64,000 bases of DNA from Nitrosomonas sp. (GCA_044228295.1 JBGAVE010000008.1:15235-79234); one strand, 5' to 3'; positions 29,025 to 38,899 are shown, numbered from the stretch's first letter. Notes: generated by a model not told the origin, from the letters alone. Translations and numbers: made by a program.

Positions 29025-30794
29025 TTAATTACTTTGGGATAATTCCAATAACTTCTGAATGCCCACTGGCTCTTCTTTGAGCAAAGGCACGACGGCATAA
29101 CGTTTTGCATGCATGGTGGATACTGTCTTTATATCAGCAAGCTCATTACTAGCGCGCTGACATAATAAGGGTGACTGCACAGTAGTTGCTGCTATGCTGT
29201 TATTGATGATCCATGCCCACGGTTCAATTCCAGCGCGGCGCAAATCAGCTTGCAGGTTGGCAGCTTCCAGTACTGGTGTCGTTTCCGCCAATGTGACCAG
29301 TAGTATTTTGGTTTGCTTGGGATTTTGCAGTTGCATCATCGGCGTGGTGTAGTGCGCGATAGATTGATTATCCATTTGTTTGGCAACTTCGCGATGATAA
29401 GCGCCGGTGGCATCCAGTAACAATAATGTATGTCCTGTCGGTGCGGTATCCATCACCACGAATTTCTTTCCCGCCTCACGGATAATACGTGAGAATGCCT
29501 GAAATACCGCAATTTCTTCGGTGCAAGGCGAACGTAAATCTTCTTCCAGCAATGCTCTGCCTTGTGCATCCAGATGCGAGCCCTTGGTTTTCAGAACATG
29601 CTGCCGGTAGCGTTCGGTTTCCACGTGCGGATCAATCCGGTCAACCAGTAGATTATCCATAGCATCGCTGAGCGTTTCGTTTAAATGCGCTGCTGGGTCT
29701 GAAGTGGTTAAGTGTACTGATAAGCCTTGATGTGCAAGATTGACCGCGATGGCCGCGGCCAGCGTGGTTTTGCCAACACCGCCTTTTCCCATCAACATGA
29801 TCAAACCACAATCATCTTTGGCAATATCATCCGTTAAACTGGATAAGCTGGGAAATGGGATGGCAGGATGGTTTGATTTATTTTCACCATCGACAGACAG
29901 ATCATCAACCAATAGTTTCCGCAAAGCTGTCAATCCGACCAGGTTAAACGGTTTTAGTACAATATGATCGCAAGGCAATTGGCCGATGACTTCCGGTATA
30001 GTTGCCAAAGTTCTTTGCTCGCGCTGGAAAATTGCGGTTGCTAATGGATCCTGTGCTGTTTCCGCCTGTGGAAACAATCCATTGATGACTAAAAATTGTT
30101 TCTTCAATCCAATGGCTGCTAATTCTTCGTGTGTCCGCGCTACTTCGCGTAACGTGGATTGTTGCGCGCGAGCTACCAATACCAGCCGGGTGCGCTGCGA
30201 ATCGGCGAGCGCATCTACCGCCGCTTTGTATTGTGTGCGTTGCTTCTCCAAACCGGCCAGCGGGCCAAGACATGACGCATTACCTTTGCCTTCCTCAAGG
30301 AAATCACTCCATGCGCCGGGTAGTTGCAGCAATCTTATGGTATGTCCGGTTGGCGCGGTATCGAAAATAATATGATCGTAATCCGCTGTCAACGCCGAAT
30401 CGACCAACAAAGCGGTAAATTCATCGAAAGCTGCAATTTCGGTGGTGCATGCGCCCGACAGTTGTTCTTCGATGCCTTTGACAACCGTGTCCGGCAATAC
30501 ACCGCGTACCGGATTGACAATACGATCACGATAGATTTGCGCTGCTGCCTGCGGGTCGATTTCCAAGGCAGCTAATCCAGGTACTGCGGTAATCGCTGTC
30601 ATCTTATTGCCAATCGTCATACCGAACACCTGACCCACGTTGGAAGCCGGATCGGTGCTGACTAATAATACCCGCTGACCGGCATCGGCCAGCGTTATCG
30701 CCGTAGCGCAAGCTAACGAAGTTTTGCCGATACCGCCCTTGCCAGTAAAGAATAGAAATCGCGGCGGTTGATCAAGGAATTTGAGTTGTGCCAT
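29025..30794 (-). CDS. arsA: Arsenical pump-driving ATPase
   Basis: Two GKGG(I/V)GKT P-loops and two DTAPTGHT motifs; start taken at MAQLKFL. Confidence 0.96.
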   Translation of the reverse strand: MAQLKFLDQPPRFLFFTGKGGIGKTSLACATAITLADAGQRVLLVSTDPASNVGQVFGMTIGNKMTAITAVPGLAALEIDPQAAAQIYRDRIVNPVRGVLPDTVVKGIEEQLSGACTTEIAAFDEFTALLVDSALTADYDHIIFDTAPTGHTIRLLQLPGAWSDFLEEGKGNASCLGPLAGLEKQRTQYKAAVDALADSQRTRLVLVARAQQSTLREVARTHEELAAIGLKKQFLVINGLFPQAETAQDPLATAIFQREQRTLATIPEVIGQLPCDHIVLKPFNLVGLTALRKLLVDDLSVDGENKSNHPAIPFPSLSSLTDDIAKDDCGLIMLMGKGGVGKTTLAAAIAVNLAHQGLSVHLTTSDPAAHLNETLSDAMDNLLVDRIDPHVETERYRQHVLKTKGSHLDAQGRALLEEDLRSPCTEEIAVFQAFSRIIREAGKKFVVMDTAPTGHTLLLLDATGAYHREVAKQMDNQSIAHYTTPMMQLQNPKQTKILLVTLAETTPVLEAANLQADLRRAGIEPWAWIINNSIAATTVQSPLLCQRASNELADIKTVSTMHAKRYAVVPLLKEEPVGIQKLLELSQSN

Positions 30795-30814
30795 GCAGTT
30801 GGCTCTAGTTTGCG

Positions 30815-31165
30815 TTAGCAACAACCGCCGCAGCAGCTGGATTCTTCGGTTTCTTCCTCCACAGCAACGCCAGTCCAGCGTGCAAGTTCATTGCGATTTG
30901 GATAGCGGCCTGCCAATGCCACTTCTCCATCGACGAGAATCAATGGCAGCGCTTCAGCACCGGAACGTTCCAAGAATGCTTTTACTGTGTAATTATCCGC
31001 AAAAGCCATCGGCTGTTGTGCCAGATTAAAGCGCTCAATGGTAGCACCTTGTTGTTTGGCCCAGTCGACATCAGCGGAAAAGCTGACCAATTCTTGGTCT
31101 ACATCGGAACCGCAAACGCCTGAGCTACAGCATGAAGCAGGGTCAAATATTTGTATGGTTGTCAT
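30815..31165 (-). CDS. arsD: Arsenite metallochaperone
   Basis: FDPASCCSSGVCG, RFNLAQQP and C-terminal CCGGCC. Confidence 0.95.
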   Translation of the reverse strand: MTTIQIFDPASCCSSGVCGSDVDQELVSFSADVDWAKQQGATIERFNLAQQPMAFADNYTVKAFLERSGAEALPLILVDGEVALAGRYPNRNELARWTGVAVEEETEESSCCGGCC

Positions 31166-31244
31166 TTTGATTCTCCAATAGTTAAATTACAAAGACTCGA
31201 TAAACTAAATAATCAATTTAAGGCTATCGCTATTATCTGGTGTG

Positions 31245-31730
31245 TTACTGCTTGAATATCAAGGTTCCAATGTAGTCCAGCTTAGTCCTAAAAGCGGAAG
31301 GATTTTGCTGCCAATCATCGAGCGGTAGTGATAAAAAAGTCTCGATACCTTCACGCAAGGCTTGATAAGCCTGTGCGAATGCCGTGTTGATTTCTTCCTC
31401 GGTTCCCGTTGCTTCAGCAGGATCATCGACACCCCAGTGCGAGCGCAGTGCGGGCCCAAGATATGCCGGACAGGTTTCACCGGCGGCGTTGCCGCACACA
31501 GTAATTACAATATCTGGTGTAGCTGGCAAGTTATCCCACGATTTGCTGCAAAGTCCTTCGGTTGCAATACCTTCGCGTTCGAGTAAGGCGAGTGAACGCG
31601 GATGAACTTGGCCAGTCGGTTTACTGCCTGCGCTCATCGCTTGCCAGTCTTTTGGTGCAAGATGATTAAAAGTAGCTTCCGCAAGAATGGAGCGGCAGGA
31701 ATTTCCGGTGCAAAGAAACAATACATTCAT
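31245..31730 (-). CDS. arsC: Arsenate reductase (LMW-PTP fold)
   Basis: LCTGNSCRS, ITVCGNAAGETCP and HWGVDDP; start taken at MNVLFL. Confidence 0.93.
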   Translation of the reverse strand: MNVLFLCTGNSCRSILAEATFNHLAPKDWQAMSAGSKPTGQVHPRSLALLEREGIATEGLCSKSWDNLPATPDIVITVCGNAAGETCPAYLGPALRSHWGVDDPAEATGTEEEINTAFAQAYQALREGIETFLSLPLDDWQQNPSAFRTKLDYIGTLIFKQ

Positions 31731-31732
31731 GA

Positions 31733-32152
31733 TCAGGCCGCGCAGCAAGTTTCGGTTCTAGTGGGAATGGCGATATCCTGTCCAAATACCGGGATTGCGG
31801 TCAGTGAATGAAACGCTTCCCAGGCGGTGCTTTGCGGCTCAACTGTCCAGTATTTATTTGACGATGCGTAGCAACTTTGTATATTCTGCTGTTCTATAGT
31901 AGGCAAACCGGCTTGCATCAAACGCTGACTTACTTCGGTTAAGGTATCGTCAAAATCAATCTGGATTCCCACATGATCCAAACCCGGTTTTGCACCTCGC
32001 GCTGATACGGCGAAATTGATATATGGATCGTGCATCCATTTTGCGTAATCCAGTTTGCTGACGGATGTTTCGACACCGAATAATGCTGAGTAAAAGCGGA
32101 TACCATCCTGTAGGCTATCGACGGCAATATGGACATGAAAGCGTTTTATCAT
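31733..32152 (-). CDS. arsI: ArsI/CadI-like VOC metalloenzyme, degenerate (SCYA in place of CCYA)
   Basis: RFHVH, LDHVG and WEAF; AGGAGA RBS before the ATG at 32152. Confidence 0.75.
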   Translation of the reverse strand: MIKRFHVHIAVDSLQDGIRFYSALFGVETSVSKLDYAKWMHDPYINFAVSARGAKPGLDHVGIQIDFDDTLTEVSQRLMQAGLPTIEQQNIQSCYASSNKYWTVEPQSTAWEAFHSLTAIPVFGQDIAIPTRTETCCAA

Positions 32153-32174
32153 TGTCTCCTTCGTTAAGTTATAT

Positions 32175-32504
32175 TTAGCTGTTTTTTTCATCGCAACAAA
32201 CTTCAACAATGCCACAAGATGTACCGGCGCAACAATTCTCGGTGAAATAACTCATTAGTGCATTCATGGTTGCAAAATTTGCTGAATAATAAATGAAGCG
32301 GCTTTCCTGCCGGGCGATCACCAGTTCCGCATGCGTTAATTCTTTTAGATGAAAAGACAGCGTTGCATTGGGAATGCCCAATTCCTTGGCAAGTTGACCG
32401 GCCGGAACGCCGAATTCGCCAGCCTGAACCAGTGTTCGGAATATCGTCAGGCGAGTTTCTTGAGCCAGAGCCACAAGAGCTTTAATTGCAATATTCATTT
32501 CCAT
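32175..32504 (-). CDS. arsR: ArsR-family repressor
   Basis: ALAQETRLTIFRTLV, TLSFHLKEL and TENCC. Confidence 0.92.
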   Translation of the reverse strand: MEMNIAIKALVALAQETRLTIFRTLVQAGEFGVPAGQLAKELGIPNATLSFHLKELTHAELVIARQESRFIYYSANFATMNALMSYFTENCCAGTSCGIVEVCCDEKNS

Positions 32505-32506
32505 GC

Positions 32507-32522
32507 TTCCATTATCATGGAA
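32507..32522. promoter_or_regulatory. ArsR operator candidate
   Basis: TTCCAT-TATC-ATGGAA inverted repeat just upstream of the arsR start; related site at 53159-53174. Confidence 0.55.
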
Positions 32523-32646
32523 ATCAATATTTTCTGTCAATACTTCTTGAGCCTAGTATATGAATACACAAATCCATAATTTTTTTACACCCACCAGCAT
32601 TAAGTGAATAGATTAGTTGGATTTATTTGCTATGCCGTTCATTCCA

Positions 32647-33099
32647 TTACCTTCTCATATCTTCAAAAACCACTTTCGCATCTATACCCAGAAATGAAGC
32701 AATTAATCGCCGATGTTCATGCTTCATAATCGTCCCACCACACTCCCAACTTGACCAGGTACAAGGATCAACACCTGGATTCTTGGCCGCAACTTTCTGC
32801 GACCACCCCAAGGATCTCCGCTTGGTCAACAACAACTCAGCAATCGAACTTGGATTGGGTAATGTAGGATCATAACCAAGAAACTGAATTAATTTTCCAG
32901 TGTGGTTAATACTTGGTTTCCGGTAATTCAATTCCCAGTTCAGAACTGTTTCGGCAGCAACTCCTAATAGCTTGGCTAATTGGGGTTGGGGCAATTTAAG
33001 AAAAAGTCTACGTTTTAATACATGCTCACCAAGGGTTTTAGGCGCAAAATCATAAGGCTTAGGAATGAATGACTTAAGAGAAATCCGGGTATATTGCAA
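32647..33099 (-). CDS. Tandem XRE helix-turn-helix protein
   Basis: Two HTH-like units (TLGEHVLKRR..QLAKLLGV..TVLNWE and LLTKRRSLGWSQ..TWSSWE). Confidence 0.75.
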   Translation of the reverse strand: MQYTRISLKSFIPKPYDFAPKTLGEHVLKRRLFLKLPQPQLAKLLGVAAETVLNWELNYRKPSINHTGKLIQFLGYDPTLPNPSSIAELLLTKRRSLGWSQKVAAKNPGVDPCTWSSWECGGTIMKHEHRRLIASFLGIDAKVVFEDMRR

Positions 33100-33115
33100 A
33101 AAGGCAACGCAACTC

Positions 33116-33574
33116 TGTCCTTGTGGCTACTTGGGGCACCCCTCTGGCAAATGCCATTGCACGCCCGATCAAATCGCCTGCTATCGCTGCCGAATCTCCG
33201 TTCCGTTACTGGATCGGATTGATATTCAAATTGAAGTACCTGCAATTCCACAGCAAGAACTTATCCGTCAAAATACCAAAGGAGAGAAAAGCGCCGCCAT
33301 TCGTAAGCGTGTTGAGAAAGCGTATCAACGACAGCTTGATCGTCAGGGAAAAAGTAATAATCAGTTAAGCGTCAAAGAAATAGAGCAGTTTTGCACGATT
33401 GATAGCATCAGTGAAAATTTATTGAAGCAAGCAATCAGTCGCTTGAATCTATCCGCGCGAGCATATCATCGTATCCTGAAAGTCGAGAGAACGATTGCAG
33501 ATTTAGCGGGGTCCGAGAAAATTACTAACCAGCATATTGCAGAAGCAATTCAGTATCGTAGGCTGAATAGGTAA
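33116..33574 (+). pseudogene. comM: Displaced 3' fragment of comM (right island boundary)
   Basis: CPCGYLGHPSGKCHC...IAEAIQYRRL with no 5' part; substitutions at residues conserved in the intact copy (IACY, RCR, KVER). Confidence 0.92.
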
Positions 33575-33789
33575 TAAGTTTCTTTTTGTATCATTTTTAG
33601 AACTAAATTGGAGAATTTGATTTTGGTCTTTGATTTTTTATTCTGGGCTTGGCACCGACTCATCACTTAACATACTGCTCAATCGACTGTTTTGATATTT
33701 TCTCTGTCTAAAGTTCTGATGCTTGCAATTAAACATTGATGAGCTAGTTCGACTAGAGCCATCTTAGTCACTGACTAAAATTGGTTAAA

Positions 33790-35232
33790 TCAGATCGGCT
33801 GGTCCGGCTTTGACTGCAATGGGATCCACCGATCTCTCTCATACCATGCTCTTGCTCTTACATCGATTTGTAATAGAGACGAATCAGGAGATATTCCTTC
33901 CGGTAAAGTCATACCAAGAAGCACGAAGATCACTCGTTCCAGCAGAATCGCTAAGTGTCTCTCAGCAACCATAATAACGTTCGGCGATACGAAAGAGTTG
34001 CTCCCGTGTGTCAATGCATTGCGAACCTCTCTCAAGCCGCGCTTTTTGCCCGACCCTAGAACCGGCCAGAGATCTGCACAATATTGATTCATTGCGGGGT
34101 ACACGCGAAGGAATGATTCGAACTTATCTCGAATACTAGGCCGATTTACGACACCGATAAGTCCTTCCAGTCGTGCTGAGATTTCATAAACGTTCTCGCC
34201 ACCCTCCACGACTACGGTTTTTTTCAGCTGTTCGAGAAGCTGAATCAACGCATGGGTTGTGACAGCAGGACTTCTTGGCGTTTGGTCCTGAGCCCAAGCA
34301 AACTCGATCACCCTTTCCAGTGCGGAAAACATAAATAAAAAGCGATCTTTGGTTCTCAAGTTGTTATGAGGGTTGATCGCCACTGAAAGATGCCGCACCA
34401 GCGATTGAGTTTTTGCATCGGCGTTTCCATACGCGTGGGCCAAGCACGTAGCGCACTCCACAAAGACTTGAGGTCTAGCGACAAATTTGCCACGATGCTC
34501 ACGCGCGGAATGTGTCACATTCGGCTCAAGGGAGTCGATCCAGGTGGAGACGGTCAGATCGTCGGTGTATCTCCAGCCGTGCAGGGTAACTGCTTGCCGA
34601 AACAGAACCGACAGAATCTCAAGCGAACTTCTGAATTTTGCAACCATTTGATCGACATTGATTGAACTTTCCGATGGCAGATCTACTATCGCATCGAAAC
34701 CGGCGATCACCGTTGCACCAGGAATCTCTGTGTCTTGGTGGTGAATTGTCGTCCACGCTGCGACGAATCTCGTTGTGCCGAGGTTCGGTAGATTCAGCAC
34801 AAAAAGATCTTCTGTATGGGATCTGTCTCCGAAAAAAATAAGGTTTGATTCCGACCTTAGGTAGGAAATGGGAGCTAGATGGAAGCGGATCTCTCTTCTG
34901 GTGTCCATTGGAGGATACCGGATTGTCAGCCTTCCGACATGGAGCAGCTCTATGGTTTTCAGTCCGAGAGTGCTTTGCGAAGACATAGGAAAGCGGTGCC
35001 AATGAACTTCCTGCATAGTAATCGTGAATGCACCACATTTCCCCGACAGCTCACACGGATTGCGAGGCGGGGTTTTAGTGATATGCTGGGCAGGCATTGC
35101 AACGTGGATCAGTGACTTTTGGCCGCCTACGTTAGGCGGCTGGATTTCGCAATAGACAGGAAGCACGGCTCCGTCAGCGCCTCCCAACTCGGCGTCAAAA
35201 TCGAACTTAATCATTCGAATCCTCAGAACCAA
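33790..35232 (-). CDS. ApeA-like HEPN-domain protein (candidate antiphage RNase)
   Basis: C-terminal FMFSALE helix and RNALTH (Rx4H) motif; GC visibly higher than the flanks; probable start at 35214. Confidence 0.6.
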   Translation of the reverse strand: MVLRIRMIKFDFDAELGGADGAVLPVYCEIQPPNVGGQKSLIHVAMPAQHITKTPPRNPCELSGKCGAFTITMQEVHWHRFPMSSQSTLGLKTIELLHVGRLTIRYPPMDTRREIRFHLAPISYLRSESNLIFFGDRSHTEDLFVLNLPNLGTTRFVAAWTTIHHQDTEIPGATVIAGFDAIVDLPSESSINVDQMVAKFRSSLEILSVLFRQAVTLHGWRYTDDLTVSTWIDSLEPNVTHSAREHRGKFVARPQVFVECATCLAHAYGNADAKTQSLVRHLSVAINPHNNLRTKDRFLFMFSALERVIEFAWAQDQTPRSPAVTTHALIQLLEQLKKTVVVEGGENVYEISARLEGLIGVVNRPSIRDKFESFLRVYPAMNQYCADLWPVLGSGKKRGLREVRNALTHGSNSFVSPNVIMVAERHLAILLERVIFVLLGMTLPEGISPDSSLLQIDVRARAWYERDRWIPLQSKPDQPI

Positions 35233-35264
35233 TTTTGTATCGTTTAAGTATAAGAATCCTCAGG

Positions 35265-36116
35265 GTTGTTTACAGAGTAGTTGATTAAAATAAGCGGTGA
35301 GTATTTCATAAGGAGTAGCATTATTCAAACCTTTATGGGGTTTGACAGTATTGTAGGAGTTAATGAACCGCACTAGCTTAATACGCCGATCGGCGCTGTC
35401 TTTAAAGGAAATCTGACGGTGCCACATGTCCATTAGTGTGCGGATAACGTGCTACGCTTTACTGTTCGTATGCGGGTGATTGACGCGTGCAAATTTCTAT
35501 CCGATGCCGTTTTGCCTGCAACCTCTGACGACAGCATGGTCGCTGGTTCCCTTAAATTCGGTGTCGTTGTTGGAGTAAGCGCAGTCGATCAGATAAGGGT
35601 ATTGGGGCGATGACTATGCCGATGAGAAAACGAGCAGTGCTGTGCAGGGGGGTATCGGGAAAAATATTGGCATACAAAACTCCCGGGAGAAATCATCGAT
35701 AGCCACAAACAGATACTCGCGAGGCTTATTGACAGATTGACCTTTCAGGAAGGGGGCTCTCTGTTTGGTATCGAAATGAATCAGCTCACCCGGATAAGAT
35801 TTGTTATAGCGCTTAGCTTCGTGCTCGAGATGTTCCTGGATGGTTTGTCTCGATCTTACCAGGCGTTTGAGGCCGTACTGCAATGTCTTACACGTTGATT
35901 GGTTACTTCACGCGGAGTAAATTCCTGTCGTCTAATGCGTTTCAGTAAATCATCAATCTCTGATCGGTTCATCCTGAAGCGTTCCGCCCGGTGCGTTACC
36001 TTCCACAACCAGGTTTGATAAAGTCGCTAGCTTTCCTGGTGGTTTAATAAAGTTAAGCAAGTGCGTTTGTGTATCTGCATCATATACAGTATTTTCCGAA
36101 AAATACTGTAAACAAC
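35265..36116 (-). mobile_element. Degraded IS481-family element
   Basis: IRs GTTGTTTACAG (35265) and CTGTAAACAAC (36106); broken frames YPGELIHFDTK, LFVAIDDFSRE and YNTVKPHKGLNNATPYE. Confidence 0.82.
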
Positions 36117-36120
36117 GCTA

Positions 36121-36237
36121 GGAATTCTTACAGTGCTGCTGACAATCGGATTATCGACGACGCTGATATGCGTACTTGTCATTCTTCCAGCGTTGTTACA
36201 ATGGAATGAATCACAAAAAAACCAATTAACGATCTAA
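36121..36237 (+). pseudogene. 3' remnant (39 codons) of an MMPL/RND (HpnN-like) transporter gene
   Basis: Reads GILTVLLTIGLSTTLICVLVILPALLQW...*, resembling the last MMPL transmembrane helix; cut on the left by the IS481 end. Confidence 0.5.
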
Positions 36238-37490
36238 GTATTACGTTGCAAAGCAGCCGCAAAAAAACCATCGGTTTGGTGTTGTTGTGGATTGATTTGC
36301 AAAAACTCTCCGGTATCTAAGGCGATCTTTTGTTGCGAAAGCAATTCAGTCGCATTTAACACCGTAAATTGAGGATTTTTTTCAAGAAAGCTATTGATGA
36401 TGTCCTGATTTTCTTCACGGAGGAAACTACATGTGGCATAAACCAAACGTCCGCCCGGCTTCAACAATCTTGCGGCAGAAGCGAGAATATCACGTTGCTT
36501 AACTTTCAGTTCTTCGATACTTTGCGGAGACTGGCGCCATTTTAAATCAGGATTGCGACGTAGCGTACCAATACCACTACACGGGGCATCGACCAGCACG
36601 CGATCGATTTTTCCCGATAAGCGTTTTACTTTACTATCATTTTCGTCATTAATACGTTGCACATGTAAATTCGATAGGCCCGAACGTTTAAAACGTGGCG
36701 TTAAATTACTCAAGCGTTTTTCAGAAACATCGAACGCATATAAACGTCCTTTTGAGTTCATTAAGGCACCGAGTAATAGCGCCTTGCCACCAGCGCCAGT
36801 ACAAAAATCCACTACCATTTCTCCGCGTTTTGGCGCCAGTAAATAACCGAGCAGTTGACTACCTTCGTCCTGCACTTCAATTTTTCCAGATAAAAATAAC
36901 GCGTGGCGGTTAATCATCGGCTTTCCAACAAGACGAATACCGCAAGGCGAATACGGGGTGACTTGTGCTTCAATGCCTTCTTGCTGCAACGCATCCATCA
37001 CTTCCTCTCGTTTCGACAAAAATGTGTTGACGCGCAAATCAAGTGGAGCAGGTTTTTGCAGTGCAAGACCTAGCTCTAAAATTTGTTCATCTGATAAAGT
37101 ATTTTTCAGCTTTTCTACCAACCAGTCTGGAAATTCCGCTTGTACCGCCAATGGAAATGAATCAATTTTGATGGCTTTGATTTCCGCTAACCATTTCTTT
37201 TCGGATTCGCTCGCTAGCGTGTCGAATTCTCTCAAATTTAACCCATGAAATTTAACCAGGTATGCCAGAACAAGCGCCCGTGGCGTAATGGGATTCGCCA
37301 AATGTTCAAGAAAGAAACGATGACGCAAAACACCAAACACCACTTCGGCAATGAAAGCACGATCTTGCACGCCAAGGATAGCATTGTCACGGAAGAAGCG
37401 CCGTATAATTGCGTCGGCAGGATATTCGAGCGGCAACAATGCGCGCATTGCAGCAATGGCTGCACTCAATTGAGAAGAAATCAATGGCAT
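36234..37490 (-). CDS. RsmB/NOP-family SAM-dependent RNA methyltransferase
   Basis: VQDEGSQL, GAGGK, VDAPCSG and YATCS motifs. Confidence 0.92.
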   Translation of the reverse strand: MPLISSQLSAAIAAMRALLPLEYPADAIIRRFFRDNAILGVQDRAFIAEVVFGVLRHRFFLEHLANPITPRALVLAYLVKFHGLNLREFDTLASESEKKWLAEIKAIKIDSFPLAVQAEFPDWLVEKLKNTLSDEQILELGLALQKPAPLDLRVNTFLSKREEVMDALQQEGIEAQVTPYSPCGIRLVGKPMINRHALFLSGKIEVQDEGSQLLGYLLAPKRGEMVVDFCTGAGGKALLLGALMNSKGRLYAFDVSEKRLSNLTPRFKRSGLSNLHVQRINDENDSKVKRLSGKIDRVLVDAPCSGIGTLRRNPDLKWRQSPQSIEELKVKQRDILASAARLLKPGGRLVYATCSFLREENQDIINSFLEKNPQFTVLNATELLSQQKIALDTGEFLQINPQQHQTDGFFAAALQRNT

Positions 37491-38248
37491 CGTCGTCTCT
37501 GAGTCGTTTCAGGTTTAGAAGCTTTTTCAGAGCAATGGCCATTACTGTAACGTATGTGAATTTGAGTGATGATTTTGTCGATTTCCCTACCGTTTTCCTC
37601 AACCGAAACAATTCGCACGGGAACCATATTGTAGTCCGGTGCAAGCCAAATCTTTCTTTTCAATTTAGATCCTTGTTCTTCTTGCCGCGTAACGACAATG
37701 GTATGGAGTTCCCCAATCGCTGTTTTTAAGGGTTCTTGGGTAATTTTATAGTGTGACAATCTGACTTGATCATTATGCACGACAGTTCGTTCCAATGAAT
37801 CTTTTGGAGGTGGTACAAAAATAAAGCTATAAGACATGCTCAAGCGATCCATCGCCCCGGCAGGGAGTTTTTCTTTGATTTCTTCCCCTTTATGTTTCAA
37901 GGTAACGTGCATATTCTCCCAATCGAATGTTACCGAATTGGGTTCTTTTTTTCCGTGTCTTTCATAAGCCCTCAAGGGACGCAATCCCTGTTTGGTCAAA
38001 ATACCTTCACTATGACGCACCAAGCTGCTGGGCTCTACGATTTTAAAAACCCCAGTTGCTTGTGCTTCGCTATTGATCACGTAACTGCTACCTTTTTTAT
38101 TGTGTTTGATTTCCATTACTTCTTGAATTTCACCATCCCCAATATCAGTCGAAACTTGGTAGTTCAATTCGATATGAATAGGAATATTGGCTGCGGATAC
38201 CGAAATACTTAATGCGAATAAGCCAAAAAAGAATGTTAAGAACCTCAT
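37481..38248 (-). CDS. DUF3108 domain protein
   Basis: Signal peptide; GAMDRLS and IWLAPDYNMVPVRI; typical position next to purN. Confidence 0.8.
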   Translation of the reverse strand: MRFLTFFFGLFALSISVSAANIPIHIELNYQVSTDIGDGEIQEVMEIKHNKKGSSYVINSEAQATGVFKIVEPSSLVRHSEGILTKQGLRPLRAYERHGKKEPNSVTFDWENMHVTLKHKGEEIKEKLPAGAMDRLSMSYSFIFVPPPKDSLERTVVHNDQVRLSHYKITQEPLKTAIGELHTIVVTRQEEQGSKLKRKIWLAPDYNMVPVRIVSVEENGREIDKIITQIHIRYSNGHCSEKASKPETTQRRRCH

Positions 38249-38883
38249 TCAACGAGCCCCGGAGAATAAAGGGTTATGTTACTGGTGCTGGCATTGTTTA
38301 TTGTAACCACACCGTTTGTTAATTTGAGCTGCCCATCTATGAACCAGCGCACTGCTTGCGGAAAAATCCGGTGTTCTTGCTGTAGAACGCGCTGTGACAG
38401 TGATGCTTCAGTATCTTGTGGTAACACTGAAATAGCCGCTTGAATAATAATAGGACCATGATCCAGTTGTGGCGTTACAAAATGCACCGTGCAACCGTGG
38501 ATTTTAACACCTTCACGCAAGGCACGAGCATGTGTCGATAATCCAGGAAAAGCCGGTAATAATGATGGATGAATATTGATCAACCGATCCTGGTAACGTT
38601 GCACAAATTCATCGGTTAAAACACGCATGAACCCTGCCAAAGCAATCAATTTCGGCTGAAATATTGCTATTTTCTCTGCAAGCGCCGCATCGAAAGTTTG
38701 CCGATCTGGAAACTGACGATGATTGATTACAAAAGTTTCGACACCGTATCGTTGCGCGATTCGCAGGCCTTCTGCATCGGGATTATTGCTGATGACCACT
38801 CGACGATCCACATTCAAATCGGCATCCAACAATGATTGCATGTTACTTCCGCGACCGGAGATTAAAATCACCAGTGTTTTCAT
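38245..38883 (-). CDS. purN: Phosphoribosylglycinamide formyltransferase
   Basis: ISGRGSN, LAGFMR, NIHPSLLP and GCTVH motifs. Confidence 0.96.
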   Translation of the reverse strand: MKTLVILISGRGSNMQSLLDADLNVDRRVVISNNPDAEGLRIAQRYGVETFVINHRQFPDRQTFDAALAEKIAIFQPKLIALAGFMRVLTDEFVQRYQDRLINIHPSLLPAFPGLSTHARALREGVKIHGCTVHFVTPQLDHGPIIIQAAISVLPQDTEASLSQRVLQQEHRIFPQAVRWFIDGQLKLTNGVVTINNASTSNITLYSPGLVE

Positions 38884-38899
38884 GGGTGTTTTGCAACCA

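Noticed and set aside
36075-36110. LexA box or terminator at the IS481 end
   Set aside because: CTG-N9-CAG has the wrong spacing, and the 11-bp hairpin is explained by internal repeats of the IS end
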